Below, piece after piece: positions 9,906 to 22,026 of a stretch of 64,000 bases of DNA (its first letter is position 1; every line of letters begins with the position of its first letter). The notes beneath the pieces were generated by a model. It saw nothing but the letters and a program-made list of their open reading frames with translations, ran no database searches and was not told the DNA's origin. The stretch is from Lytechinus pictus (lineage: Eukaryota), in NCBI RefSeq assembly GCF_037042905.1, contig NC_087252.1, positions 41,974,001-42,038,000 on the forward strand. Direction: 5' to 3'. The position numbers and the translations under genes were made by a program.

Positions 9906-11989
9906 TGCATCTCGCAGATCCGCGCCTGAAAGGCATGTCAGGGTATATAAAAAAAGGATGACCATGTAGGGAAAGAATAGAGTAAATAGTTCTAGGACGA
10001 CCTCTGGAATGTAGGGTCAACATCGACTAATACCTGCTCCTTCGTCAGAAAATCATTTACGATCACGACTAACCATGTCAGTGAATGAAATAACGGACAC
10101 CACGGAAGAATATTCATATACATGTATAGGAAAGGACCCTTTACGCTGGTGCCAGTGTGTAATCGAACACAATAAGTAATTCGGTGAAAAGCCTAAAATC
10201 CCAGTTATCAACCCAAAACTTTGTAATTTTCATAACAGATTTTATCCACGATGAATTATCGAAAACTTATGCTTGATATGAGATAAAAATCACATGCAGT
10301 CTTGAACGAATGTGTCAAATCAGACCTCCTCTTTCGACCAAGAATGCACGGCCGAACATCCTAGGGAAACACCCTAGGATAGACGCGGGCACTATCCTCG
10401 GGCGCTCCCCTAGGGCACTCATGTCCTAGGGGAGCGGACGCGGGCGTCTTCCCTCGTCCACTCCCCTCAAATGTCCGCTACGGGCTACCGCGTTCGCCCT
10501 AGGGGGGCACTGTGACGTTTCCCGCGGCCGGCACTGTATGAATGTAAATAAATCCTGCATTACTTGTATTTGGAATAATAGACAAATAAAAATGGCTGGT
10601 GTGAGTTTTGTGAAGGAATTGTTCAATATTGGTATTTGGTTTATACAAGATTTATTTGATGAAAATTAATCCATCTTTTAAAGTGGCAACATATTGGATT
10701 TAAAAACTATCTTCTTTGGCGTTCAATTGTTTCTGCTATTCCACAGACAGTTAAAGCTCGTTGTTTCGAGAGGCGACATTTGTTAAAAAAGTAAGATATT
10801 TTTATAGTTTTTTGTAATTAAAAAATGTTTATATCAAAATTGTCAACCAAGATCATAAATATGATATTAAAAGAAAATAAATACCAAACCCCTACTTCTG
10901 AAATATATTGGAGATCAAGGTATGATATATAAATGAAGATGATTTTAATTTTATTTATGAGTTGCCTTTTAAAGTTATTCCAGATACAAGAACAAGAATA
11001 TTTCAATATGAAATAAATACAAGATGCCTACTAGTAAATGCAAAGTTAAAGAAAATGAAAGTTGTAGACAATGAGATGTGTTCTTTTTGTAAACAAGAAC
11101 AGGAAACAATGGAACACCTGTTGGTAGAATGTTCGCATGCTCGAGATTTTTGGATGAATTTCTAAGATGGGGGCATACTAAATTTAAAAAAAAGAGATTA
11201 TCCAAGTAAAGGATGAAGAGATTTTATTCGGAATTATAAACAAGCAAGATGTGTTTTTGAATCATTGCCTTATTGTAGCAAAGAAAACTTTATATCTGTG
11301 TAGATATATTAAAAACCTTCCTTGTTTTGACTTGTTTATCAGTAAATTAAAACAAGTGTACCAAACAGAAAAGTGTATTGCTTATAGGGACACTACTATG
11401 TAAAGATTAAAAAAATGGAATCTATTAGATTTTGGGTAATGTAGACGAACAGACCTGTATTGCTTTTCTATGTTTCTTTTCTTTTCCCTTTGTTGTTTTT
11501 GTATGTATTTTTTTTATCAAAATGTAACTTATCCATACTGTACACTGTTATTTTATATTGTTCTTAAACTTGTTTTGTAATATGTGTATGAAAATAAAAA
11601 AAAATGATTAAAAGAAAGTTAGTCTAATATCCATTTCATTTTCATTCATTTTCCACAAATAACACTTACTCCAATTAGACCAAATGGTATATGGACTAAA
11701 AAGGGGAGGCTAGAAGTCAAGGTTGCTAGCTAGTCTAGCTTGGCTCCAGGATTCCTTCGAGGATGGCAACCCTAGCTTGCACCCGTACGGCTGTGAAGTG
11801 CCAGCAGGAGCAAGTAGCTATGGCCCCTGGTTATATTTGGTTTGGGTCGATTGCCCATTCCATCTCATTCCTATTGTCACGTTACCAAATAATAAAGACT
11901 CGAAACGGACTGATCACATGTTGATAAATATTGGAACAAATGACCAAGATTATTGGATTGTTGTTTTAGCCATGTTATATCTTTTGATT

Positions 11990-14925
11990 ATATTACTCAT
12001 TTTGCGGAGACACGCATCTAAACCGAGGTCCACACAATAATTAATTTACTGTATGTTTCACAAACTGGGGATCTTTTGAGCTTTCCTTGCTTGGATCCAG
12101 ACCTCATATGTTCTATTTTTCGGAAACCTTCTTAAATAGCAAGATTGACGATGATTAGTTTACGGTGCCTAGTTACTCCTTTCACAGACGCGACCGTCCA
12201 GATGACTCTAGTTAGGGTGGGATTATAGTGTACTTCAGTGATCCCTTCACTGCTACGAGAATGCCTCAATATGAAGGACTACATCATGAATTAATCTGCC
12301 TGAAGATTAGTCTACTTGGTCACATGGTGTTCATGTTCTGTGTGTATAGACCACCACCTGCTGACGCAGCGTCTATGATGCCATATCAGGCTACATTGAC
12401 ACTGTCCAAGAGCTCCACCCCAGATCTGAAATAATTGTTTTGGGTGACCCTAATACTCACCATGAAGAGTAGCCTCTTGTCGAGGCCAAGGCGGCTGCTT
12501 CCCGAGCGAAGCGAGTGATTTCTTAATTCGCGAAGCGAATTAGCCTGGCGAGCGCAGCGAGCCAGAGCCTCCTGACATCTGAGCTGAAAAATAAATTCAT
12601 GAGGAACGTCTTCCTAATGAATATAAATGAGTCATATGATATTACCGGTCACCTAGTAAACTAATGAAACGTCAAAGCTGTTTCGTCCGGGGTTCGGAAT
12701 ACTATTAGTCCACTATTCTGCAGGGGATTTATTTAATTGCGGGACACTAAATGGAATATAACCATCAAAATTTTACAAGTAGTGGTACTGCTACTGCTAC
12801 TACTACTACTACTAGCCGTAACAGACCCATCACCGCCCCGAAACTTCCCGGGAGATCGGCCTAGTCAGACTCGAGTCATAAGCACAACTCGAATCCAGCA
12901 TTCCCTCACTGCACTGCGGAGATCGATAATCGACGCATATAGGAATCGCATGGAAGATTACATTATTTGCATATCCTGTGGGTAGATTTACAAAAACATC
13001 TTGTCCTTTCAGTGCACATTTGATTTCATCGAATCGCAAATCCTTAAATCGGTCAATATTCAGCATTTTAGAGGCATATTCAATGCTCTTTGATATTTCG
13101 TCGTTACTCTTTGCCAAGAATCCACGGGTCGCCATTTAAGATGAGCTCATGAATATTTAATATGACGTCATAGCAGCCCGCGCCCATATTGGATGATTTT
13201 CACCGACCAGTTTTTGGTCGGAATATTGGTAAAAACAATAAAAAACAAAAGAAAGTCGGTGTAATTCGGCTTAGATGTCAAGAGGCCCTGGCTCGCTGCG
13301 CTCTACTTCGCTATATCCCTCGCTTCGCTCGGGAAGCAGCCGCCAGGGCCTCGACAAGAAGCTACATGAAGAATGGCTAGGAAGCACAAAGACAGATGCC
13401 CATGGTGAATCTGCATACAACTTTGCCACACTCAACAACCTTTGTCAACTTGGAAAGGACCCAACCTGATTTGGACGGGATGGAAGCTGTTCCAAACTGA
13501 ACCATTCTTGACTACTTCTTCTGGCAACCACGTGGTATCAGTTGTTGAACCCTCGGATCTCCGGACCACTATATGGTTGCGGATGTAGCTAACTACAGAC
13601 TTCCAACTACACGCAAAGCTGGCAAGCGCAAAACCTGGCTGTGTGACAAGGCTGAGTAGGATGGTGTGCGCTCTTTCCTGTCTGAAGCTGACTGGTCCCC
13701 CCTTTCAAAGGCACACAATGCTGATAGTGTCGATATCGCCTGGAACAGTGTGAAAGAAAACATCGGTCAGGCTATGGACCTTTTCATACCATCCAGGACT
13801 ATCAAACATAAGTACTCAGAAAGGCCATGGATCAATGACAGATGTCATGACGCTGTTAAATAAAAACAGAAGGCTCACAAAACCGTAACAAATCCGTAAC
13901 CGTCACAAAACTGTAACAGAGATCGTTGGATCATATACATGGAATCTAAATCTGAATGCCAGCGTACTATACGCAGAGCTCGGCCTAAGTTCTCGCAGCG
14001 CCTAGAGCAAGAACTCAAGCATGCCAGCAGTAAGCAATGGTGGAAACTGGTCAAATCTGTAACTGATAGCAATAAGGCATCTGCTGTCCCTCCACTAAAA
14101 ATGGCAATGGCCAGATCTTCAATGAAGCTAAAGACAAAGCAGAGCTCCTAAACAGCACCTTTGCTGCAAATGCACATCTCGACGTTAAGGGTCAATTTTC
14201 TCTTAAGCTGAAGTTGAAAACTGATGAATCCATCTCTACCAACAGGCTAAGGTTGTCCTCAAGAACCTGCGCAATCTTGACACAACCAAGGCAACTGGCC
14301 CAAATGACTTAACAGCCACAGTACTTAAGAACTGTGCACCTGAACTTGCACCAGTTCTTTGAAAGCTATACCAGTTGTCCTTGAACATAAAAAACATACC
14401 TTCAGAGTGGAAAACTGCCCATTATGTAGCTGTGCCCGAGAAAGTGAACACATATGATGCATCGAACTACGACCCCATATAATTGCTTTCGATTATCTCG
14501 AAAGTAATGGAGAGCATAATTGGCGACCAAATTCGAAAATATCTTGAAAGTCACCAACTTCTGAACGATAGACAATATGGGTTCCGGGGAAAAGATATCC
14601 AACGTTGACATAATTTCATATATCACTCAGTGGTGGAACGACACCTTAGACTCTCAACAGGAAGTTAGGATCATAAAGATAGATATCAAGAAAGCCTTTG
14701 ATCGTGTTTGGCATCTCTGTCTTGTGTCCAAATTGTCATTCTCTGGCATTTGTAGCAACATATATGGATGAATTTCTTTTTTCTTAGCCAATAGGCAGCA
14801 AAATATTTTTCTAGATGGCTTCACTTCAACATCCAAGACCATCACTGCTGGTGTGCAATAGGGAAATGAGGTAGGGCCCCTACTCTTTCTTAAGTACATC
14901 AACGATCTGACTTCCCAAGTAGAAA
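11990..14925 (+). mobile_element. Decayed CR1-type LINE (APE endonuclease + RT, 3'-truncated)
   Basis: SETFL, RRDR, GGIIVY, CVYRPP, VLGD.N.HHEEWLGS, RPWIN, KATGP, NYxPI.LLSI.SKVME, DIKKAFDRVWH, GV..G..VGPLLF..YINDL; many stops and frameshifts. The 5' boundary is approximate. Confidence 0.85.
12470..13364 (-). mobile_element. Internally deleted AcademH-type DNA transposon retaining a RecQ-like helicase N-terminal remnant
   Basis: TIRs tagc(c/t)tcttgtcgaggcc...gcggctgcttcccgagcgaagcga with TAG..CTA ends; 9-bp TSD catgaaga(g/a). ORF 12830-13135(-) contains LKGQDVFVNLPTGY...IFHAIP, a RecQ motif I region. Confidence 0.8.
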
Positions 14926-16367
14926 TGTAGAGAATTTAGGTAGGGAATTATTCAGGTCTCCAGTTACTTCAAACACGATATGGCCCTTTTTCTATAAAAT
15001 AAGACCAATTTAATGAGAAATGGACAATTCTAAGAGCAAAATTTTAAAACGCCGTTCGGAAAGATCGTCTTTACAGCTCATTACGTATATGCATGAAACC
15101 ACGGATGGCTATGCATATACCGCTGTATAAAATACTTTCGGACCGTGCTGCGGACTGCCTGGCACTGTAATGTTGGATCTACCTCAGCTCGACTCACGAT
15201 AGCTTGCTCCATGCTTCCGATGCACGTCGTGTCCGACCGCGGCCGGGTTCCGCCTTGGGGCCATTGCATGCAGGCATGACCGCATTTGGGAATGATACGA
15301 TGTAAAATCGATGTGGCAGATGTGGCAAGTTCCGACTCGGAGTCCTCGTATAAGACCCAGTGGAAGTATGGGTCTATTCTAAGTTAGTTGAGCCACATGG
15401 CTGATTTGCCTGTTTGTTATGTTAAACCAGTAGTCCAGAACATTTTATTTTAGGCACTGGCCGGCTTAAAACGAAACTAGAATTTCAATTTCATTTTATT
15501 TTCCAAGTGTGTTTGTTCCATTGAAGACACTATTAGAAGAAAAAAAAATAGCATCGAAGTAAAAAAAAAAATCGCCAAAAATCTACAGCCCGAGTGATTT
15601 TGCATGCGACCCGAGTGATTTCGCACGCGAACGCGACCCGAGTGATAAGTACAAGCCCTCTCTTCCTCCCTGCTGTCTCCCATTTGCATATCTCTCTAAT
15701 AGTTGCTTTGTTCCCGATCTATCACCCGTATGACCTCTCTTTCTCTTATATTCTCCCTTTTTATTCAGTTGGACATTATTCATGTTATTCATCATCATTT
15801 ATTCATTTGTTCATTAACAAAGCTTGAAGTACAACATATATCATCCTGATGTATATTTCTATATAAAAGTACCAAATCCACAAGAATAACATTTGTAGAA
15901 ATATGTTTTTCATATTGATAATGGAAAGTACAATTTATATTTATAATTTATTTTAATCTTCTTCACTTGTGAATAACCCAAACAACACCACAACTTGGCT
16001 TTTGACATTGATACCACACCATAGCTGAAATTTAAAAGACTTAATGTAATAATTAACATGTAATAAAATGTATGATACACACACGAAACACCTAAAAATA
16101 AACTTTGTACAATATCACTTAAAAGAAAAACATGCAGGCTGCTGTATCTACTGCACATGTATCATCAAAAATTCCCAATCCCAATCCTAGTCTTCCACAA
16201 AACACACACTCACACAAAATAATTAAGTATTTTTCCCTGATGTCATTTCCTCAAATCCATGGCCAGTTATTAAACGTAATGGCAGTATAAACCTGATCGC
16301 GTGTCCAATTCGTATGATGACGATTTAAAAAAAAAATAAGGAGAGCATTATGTTAATATATATATGA

Positions 16368-16398
<31 letters not shown>

Positions 16399-16968
16399 GC
16401 CTTCGATAAGAAATTGCCTTAGCTTATTTAAAAGCCCGTTGAGACGAAAACTCCAAAATTTATCACAAAATCCAAGTATAGATCTCCTTGAATAAAGAAA
16501 ACAACTGTTTGAGTCTCAAAACTTGGGCAAAGAAGCAGATTAAGGTGGATTTTAAATCGAAACTAGTGCCTGGACGCTGAACATAGGAGCAGAGAATTGG
16601 CGCTAATTCAGATTACAAACTACAGGGCTGTTGATAGTGTAGTCTCATGCAAGGACCAAATATTATATATGTACATGTATATATCGTGATTAATAAATAA
16701 TTTCTCTATATTTATTTCTTTTTGGAGCAGTTGGCAATATTCCATGCATACATTTACACTATCAATGATAGATGTAAGACAATGTAAATTTTGCACGTTA
16801 TGTACAGTCTTTATAGAATCATTATTTCCTGAAGGGTTTTATCTGATTTATTTGTTTACAACTATCCGGCTATTCTGAGTAAGCCAATAAAAATAAACAT
16901 TTTACTTTAATAATGGACTCATGCATATTCTATATCCGAGAGCAAAGTTATTGGTTATCTAAAATTGC

Positions 16969-17542
16969 GCATACATTCGTAATGTTCGAAGCTTCGTTAT
17001 TCCGAAGGTTCGGTTATTCCGAAGGTTCGTTGTGACGAAGGTTCGTATTTCCGAAGTTTCGTAATTCCGAAGGTTCGTTAGTCCGAAAACGAAATAAGGC
17101 TCGTAATTCCGAAGGTTCGTTAGTCCGAAAACGAAGTAGGTTTCGTAATTCCGAAGGTTCGTTAATCCGAAAAAGAAATGAGGTTCGTTAGTCCGAAAAC
17201 TAAATGATTAACTAACCTTATTTCGTTATCGGACTGACGAACCTTCGGAACAACGAACCTTATTATGTTTTCGGATTAACGAACCTTCGGAACAACGAAC
17301 CTTATTTCGTTTTCGGATTAACGAACCTTCGGAACATCGAACCTCATTTCGTTTTCGGATTAACGAACCTTCGGAATAATGAACCTTCGGAATAACGCCA
17401 CAAATGTTCGGATTAACGAACCCTTTTACGTTTTCGGATTAACGAACATCGAGGTATAGGCAATTTGCGTGTTTCGGAATTACGAACCTTCGGAATAAAG
17501 AACCTTCGGAATTACGAACCTTCGGAATTACGAAGTGTAACC
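16969..17542. mobile_element. Foldback MITE built of ccgaaggttcg units (MULE-like, 9-10 bp TSD)
   Basis: The left half is tandem (t)ccgaaggttcg and the right half is its reverse complement cgaaccttcgga. Flanked by ctaaaattg(c/t) on both sides. Confidence 0.8.
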
Positions 17543-18589
17543 CTAAAATTGTGCAGTAGTTATCTGTATCAAGTATTGTATAATTAAATGCACAAGTTTG
17601 TCAGAGCTTGAGGCTATGCCAATTTCAATAGTATTCATAAGTGAGTTAATAAATGTTGAAAAGTTTACTTCGTTTAAAAGTGTAAGAATATGTTTCATTA
17701 CAACAAATGTAGACCTTTTATCTTGCTTGAACTGTATCGAAAATTGCTTTTTAGTTGTTGCTCATCTGAATTACAAATGATTTTTACGTATAATTTTGAT
17801 GTATATTGATGTACACGATGAATATTGTAGATATATTTTCATTTTATAAAAAAATAAAGATTCTGAAAGAAACCAAAATAATTACATGCAAGAAGATTTT
17901 GCCCCTCTACCAATTAGTACAGGCTTGTAAAAATTCACCAGAAACTGACTATTCTCTGTAACAATTTTTCATAACAAATTTATGATCATCAATGAGAAAT
18001 ATGACATGTCATGATAATAAGAAAGTCAAAAGGGTCCTAAGCTTTCGATCCCAGCAGAATCTTCGTTGGAGGCAAAATGACAAACATATAAAATGGAACA
18101 ACCATAATATAGACCACAGACAAGCTACAGCAACACTAGAAACAAGGAGACAAAAGGGGCATTAGTGAGTAGAGAAGACCTATCAGGTTAGTGAAGGGGA
18201 TGAAAGAAAAGGAGTAGGCAGACACAAAGGGAAGTTAGTGTAAGTAAGGCCAGTAAAAGACCTCAAGCAAAGGGGATAAAGATAATGAGGCAGGCAACAT
18301 CAAACAGGATCTGGAACAAAACAGTGATATAGGGTATGAGGAAGAGATGAATAACAAGAGAATTAGTGAGAGGTCGGTCAAAAAGGTTACAAAGAAATGC
18401 ATAATAAACTGGTGCATAGGAGTGGGGAAAAAAGGAAAAGAAAGGGGAACAACTGATAATGTGCAAAAAGACATATGATAAAGCATTAAACAAACTAAGA
18501 GAAGAAGGTAAGTGTTAATCTGTATCTATAAGTGATATGTATATAAATATATCCAAAAGAGAAATGTATATGATAATAATCATAGTTAC

Positions 18590-18668
18590 AATAATAATAC
18601 CAATGACAGTGATAATATAGGGTATTTGTATATCTCACCTATCCACCTTGTTAGGTGCCCAAGACGCA
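18590..18668 (-). mobile_element. 3' fragment of the tRNA-SINE family seen at 61092-61370
   Basis: Reverse complement gcacctaacaaggtggata...aaataccctatatt matches 61310-61355. Confidence 0.7.
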
Positions 18669-19499
18669 AAGACAACATGGTTTATAGTCGGAAACAAATT
18701 AAATGATCCAATATCATCATTTTAGGAATATTTCTTACATAAGGGTTTTAGAATGCAAGTAACTGAGAGAAATGAGTGAAAAACGAACCTTATACTGGGA
18801 AGCAGTAAATTCAGGCAAACTGTGAAAGAACACTTTGGGGCTCAGCAACAATCTGCCTTGATACGTCGAAATAATTTAATTCCGCAGTAAACGGAGTAAT
18901 GGTCTTTCCTCAGCTAAATTGCTATAGGCGTGTAATTATACATCTTACTCGTGGTTGCTTCACGCGTTTACAAAGAATGGGTGCCTGCCTTTTACCATTG
19001 GTGTGTGTGTGTGTGTGTCAATTTCATATTTGCCTCCGTAAACAGTTCAATTAATAAATCCTAGAAAAAACATTATCGTTCTTACACGTATCCGTTGGAC
19101 TATATTAAACATTTAAATGGCTATACCTACACTGGTTCAACTGCTCAAGAAAAGTAAAGCTCAGAGTCCACACAGTGTCATAGATATTAAATTTTATCAA
19201 ATAAGAAGATAACCGTATATAAGATATATTTCATTTTGGGAATGATATCATTGCCAATGTCCGTTCTAAGGCTTGTGTTATATCTTGAATACCTGTTACA
19301 TTAAATATAAAGAGAATATTCCAACCTGATTGATTAAACATACCCACAATAGATTAGTCTTAATGACATTGAATCGTCTTTCTTCAAATATGAGACCCAA
19401 AGTTTGTCCGGTAACCTTTGAATAAACGCATCCTTTTAAAGATGACACATATTTTTTCTCTAATTGTTTTGTAATGTAAATAAACAACCCCACCCCACT

Positions 19500-19532
<33 letters not shown>

Positions 19533-20809
19533 TATGTACACATGTATTATTCCATTTTCATCATTTTCTGGTATTACAATTCAAGCCAATAGCCAAGAGA
19601 GAGGTTCTGGTGGTTCCGCAGAACCCCGCCGTTTGCCAAGAGCAAAAAAGGAGGGAAGACAAAAGAGCACGAGAGGATGTAAGGAAGGAAAACAAAAATA
19701 TCAGAAAAGGAAGAAAAGAAAATGAAACCAGAGGTAAAAAGAATAATTCAATAAACTAGGTCACGACACAGCAAACGAATAAAAATCGTTCGCTTTTCGC
19801 GACCACATAGCATTGAGAGAAATAATAATCTGCTGAAGAGCATAAGATAGATCTTAAAAAATCATGTTTTTAAAGTCAATATTCACACATTATTCTGCTT
19901 GCGATTCGAGATTCATTATTTGTTTCAGAATCCTGTTCAATCTAACTGGCGCTTCGCGCTCGCATAATTTATATTTAACAACAATGTCCTCTCCGTAATT
20001 GCCCTGCGTGTTACTGTTAAACTCGTTCTTCGTGCTAACATTAATCTGTGTTGAGATACACAGCTTGTTCTTTATTTCAAAAAGAGCTGGAATTGTTTAG
20101 ATTTCTGATTGGAATATCAAAATTTACCACGATATCCATAATTTTTCCGATTTACAAAAATTGATTGCATTATCCCATTTTAGGTAGAAACCTAAAAAGA
20201 ATAAAATAAAAGAACATTTCGCGTTCACAGTAATCGTTTTTATTTGATGATTTGTTCTTTTATAAAGGACGTTTTTAAGCTTTGCGCTTGCATATTGTTA
20301 AATAAGATGCCCATCATGTTACAAATTATGAAAAGTGCTTAGAATGCCCCATTTTTATATCTTAATAGCCAGAATTTCACCTTGCGTTTCGCGCTCGTAT
20401 ACTTTGTTCTTTATTGAAAATGTGCAAAAAATCAACTTTTAGCACAAAATTCCAACAATGTTTACCTCTTGGCCCGCATGCAAGAATTATTCAGATGTCC
20501 ATCCTAATTAAAATATTTTGCGGTCTTCCTATTGGCGAAAGTTTCATCCGAAACTACAAAAGGACCTCTTTCCATTTTGATCTTTCATTTTCTTCATCTA
20601 ATCTTATTCAATTCCATTCAATCATGGGTTATTTCATATCAAAACAATACGTGTTACATAGCCAAAAGGCTAAAATTAACATGTTTACAATAAAATGTTT
20701 ATAAGTCATACATGGGTAAAAGCAACAATTACAATTTAGAAAGTTACATGTTAGGATTTTTGACATTATTTACGGAACTGCCCCCCAATACAACATATAC
20801 TTATTGCAC

Positions 20810-21179
20810 CAGTACCAACCAATACGTACCTTACGCTCTTCCAACTCTGTCCTTCTCCAAATACCTTCTTCCAAGAAATCCTGGGGGATCGTGCTTTTGC
20901 TCACGCAGCACCTACGCTATGGCATTCCCTTCCTTTGGTCTTGAGGAATTCCAATACTACTTCATCTTTTAAAACTAACTTAAAAACCTACTTGTTTAAA
21001 CACTGCATTCTGAAGACAGGCATTCATTTATCTATTTCAACTTGTATTTTTCTTGTTCTAGTTCACTTGTTTCTTACATTAAATTATAATTCTAGCTCCT
21101 CTTTTTCAAGCGCCTTGAGCATTTCAACAAAGTGGATAATGGCGCTATATAAATCTCATGTATTATTATTATTATTATG
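20810..21179 (+). mobile_element. L2 LINE 3' end
   Basis: Encodes WGDRAFAHAAPTLWHSLP...FKTNLKTYLF, then the tail aagcgccttgagc...gcgctatataaat...(tat)n. Confidence 0.8.
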
Positions 21180-21373
21180 TACATAGATAATAATTTTTAA
21201 AGAGCAAGGGTACACAAAAATCATTTAATATAATAAAACATAATTTAAAAAATGCAATAGGCCTATTAGAAAGTGATGAATATTAGACAATTAAAAATTC
21301 AAATACTAATTGGATTAAAATGGAAACTAAAACAACGACAAAAAATCGGGTAAAAATATGAGTTGATTTCAAG

Positions 21374-22026
21374 TGCTATGTAGTATGTATTTAACTTCCT
21401 GTTATCCTTTCAGTCATTCACCTTCACTTGTTTACAAACTCCCCCAATGTCATCTAAGAATTTTCAAACCCTCAATACCATTTAACTCCTAAACCTTGAC
21501 CCTAAAAATACCAACCCTCAGTGACGTCAGCTAACTTCGAGGAACATAAGTTCATAGAAGTATGACTCACACTTCCAGCCCCAGTCACTTGCACAGAGCA
21601 TCACCACACACCTCATACCAGAGAAAGTTTGATAGACAGTTACCTGTAGACCAATCAGATCACGTTTAGATCACTCCCATCTTAAATTGTTACACCCCCA
21701 AAACTAATGATATAAATAAGACTTCTTGATTCCTAGAAAGATATACAATACATATAATACTAGACCCAGATTCATCGAGATGGACTGACTGACTTCAAGA
21801 CTTAGACGTCCATCAAATATAATCTCACCTTCACAATCTCAATCTTATACTTCTAAATTATTTTGTATTCATCGTCTCGTGTTATATCCAAATCTTCATG
21901 CACTTCGAACTGTAAACTTTATTAACTGATGATTAAATACCCTGTGATTTTGAAATGTATAACATTCTCCAAAGTTTCTTCATTACGCTTCCCTTCTAAA
22001 TTATAATTACCGATCCCAACACGACA
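21374..22026 (+). mobile_element. Probable solo LTR (Gypsy-like, 4-bp TSD)
   Basis: TG...CA ends flanked by caag on both sides. Internal ccaat (21651), tataaa (21711) and attaaa signals in promoter-to-polyA order. Confidence 0.55.

Larger units (their letters stand above)
6542..10536. mobile_element. 4-kb non-autonomous Tc1/mariner-superfamily element (TA TSD)
   Basis: 25-bp TIRs cagtgccggccgc(a/g)ggaaacgtcac with one mismatch, TA on both sides, interrupts the L1 reading frame. No transposase ORF; long CT-rich tracts inside. Confidence 0.85.
6270..11605 (+). mobile_element. Decayed L1/Tx1 LINE with internal deletion (endonuclease joined to C-terminal region), split by a 4-kb DNA element
   Basis: NIYAQN...IGGDFN...LIDIWR (APE) at 6300-6540. 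It resumes at 10537 and jumps to IWNN.QIK...GIWFIQDL. CSFC.QEQET.EHL..EC...DFW zinc knuckle at 11075-11160, then T-rich 3' UTR and an A tail near 11600. Confidence 0.8.

Noticed and set aside
6826-9969. Hydrophobic Phe/Leu/Ser-rich ORFs resembling membrane proteins
   Set aside because: They come from C/T low-complexity tracts.
16969-17542. CRISPR-like repeat array
   Set aside because: No unique spacers, units invert at the centre, eukaryotic context and a TSD: this is a foldback MITE.
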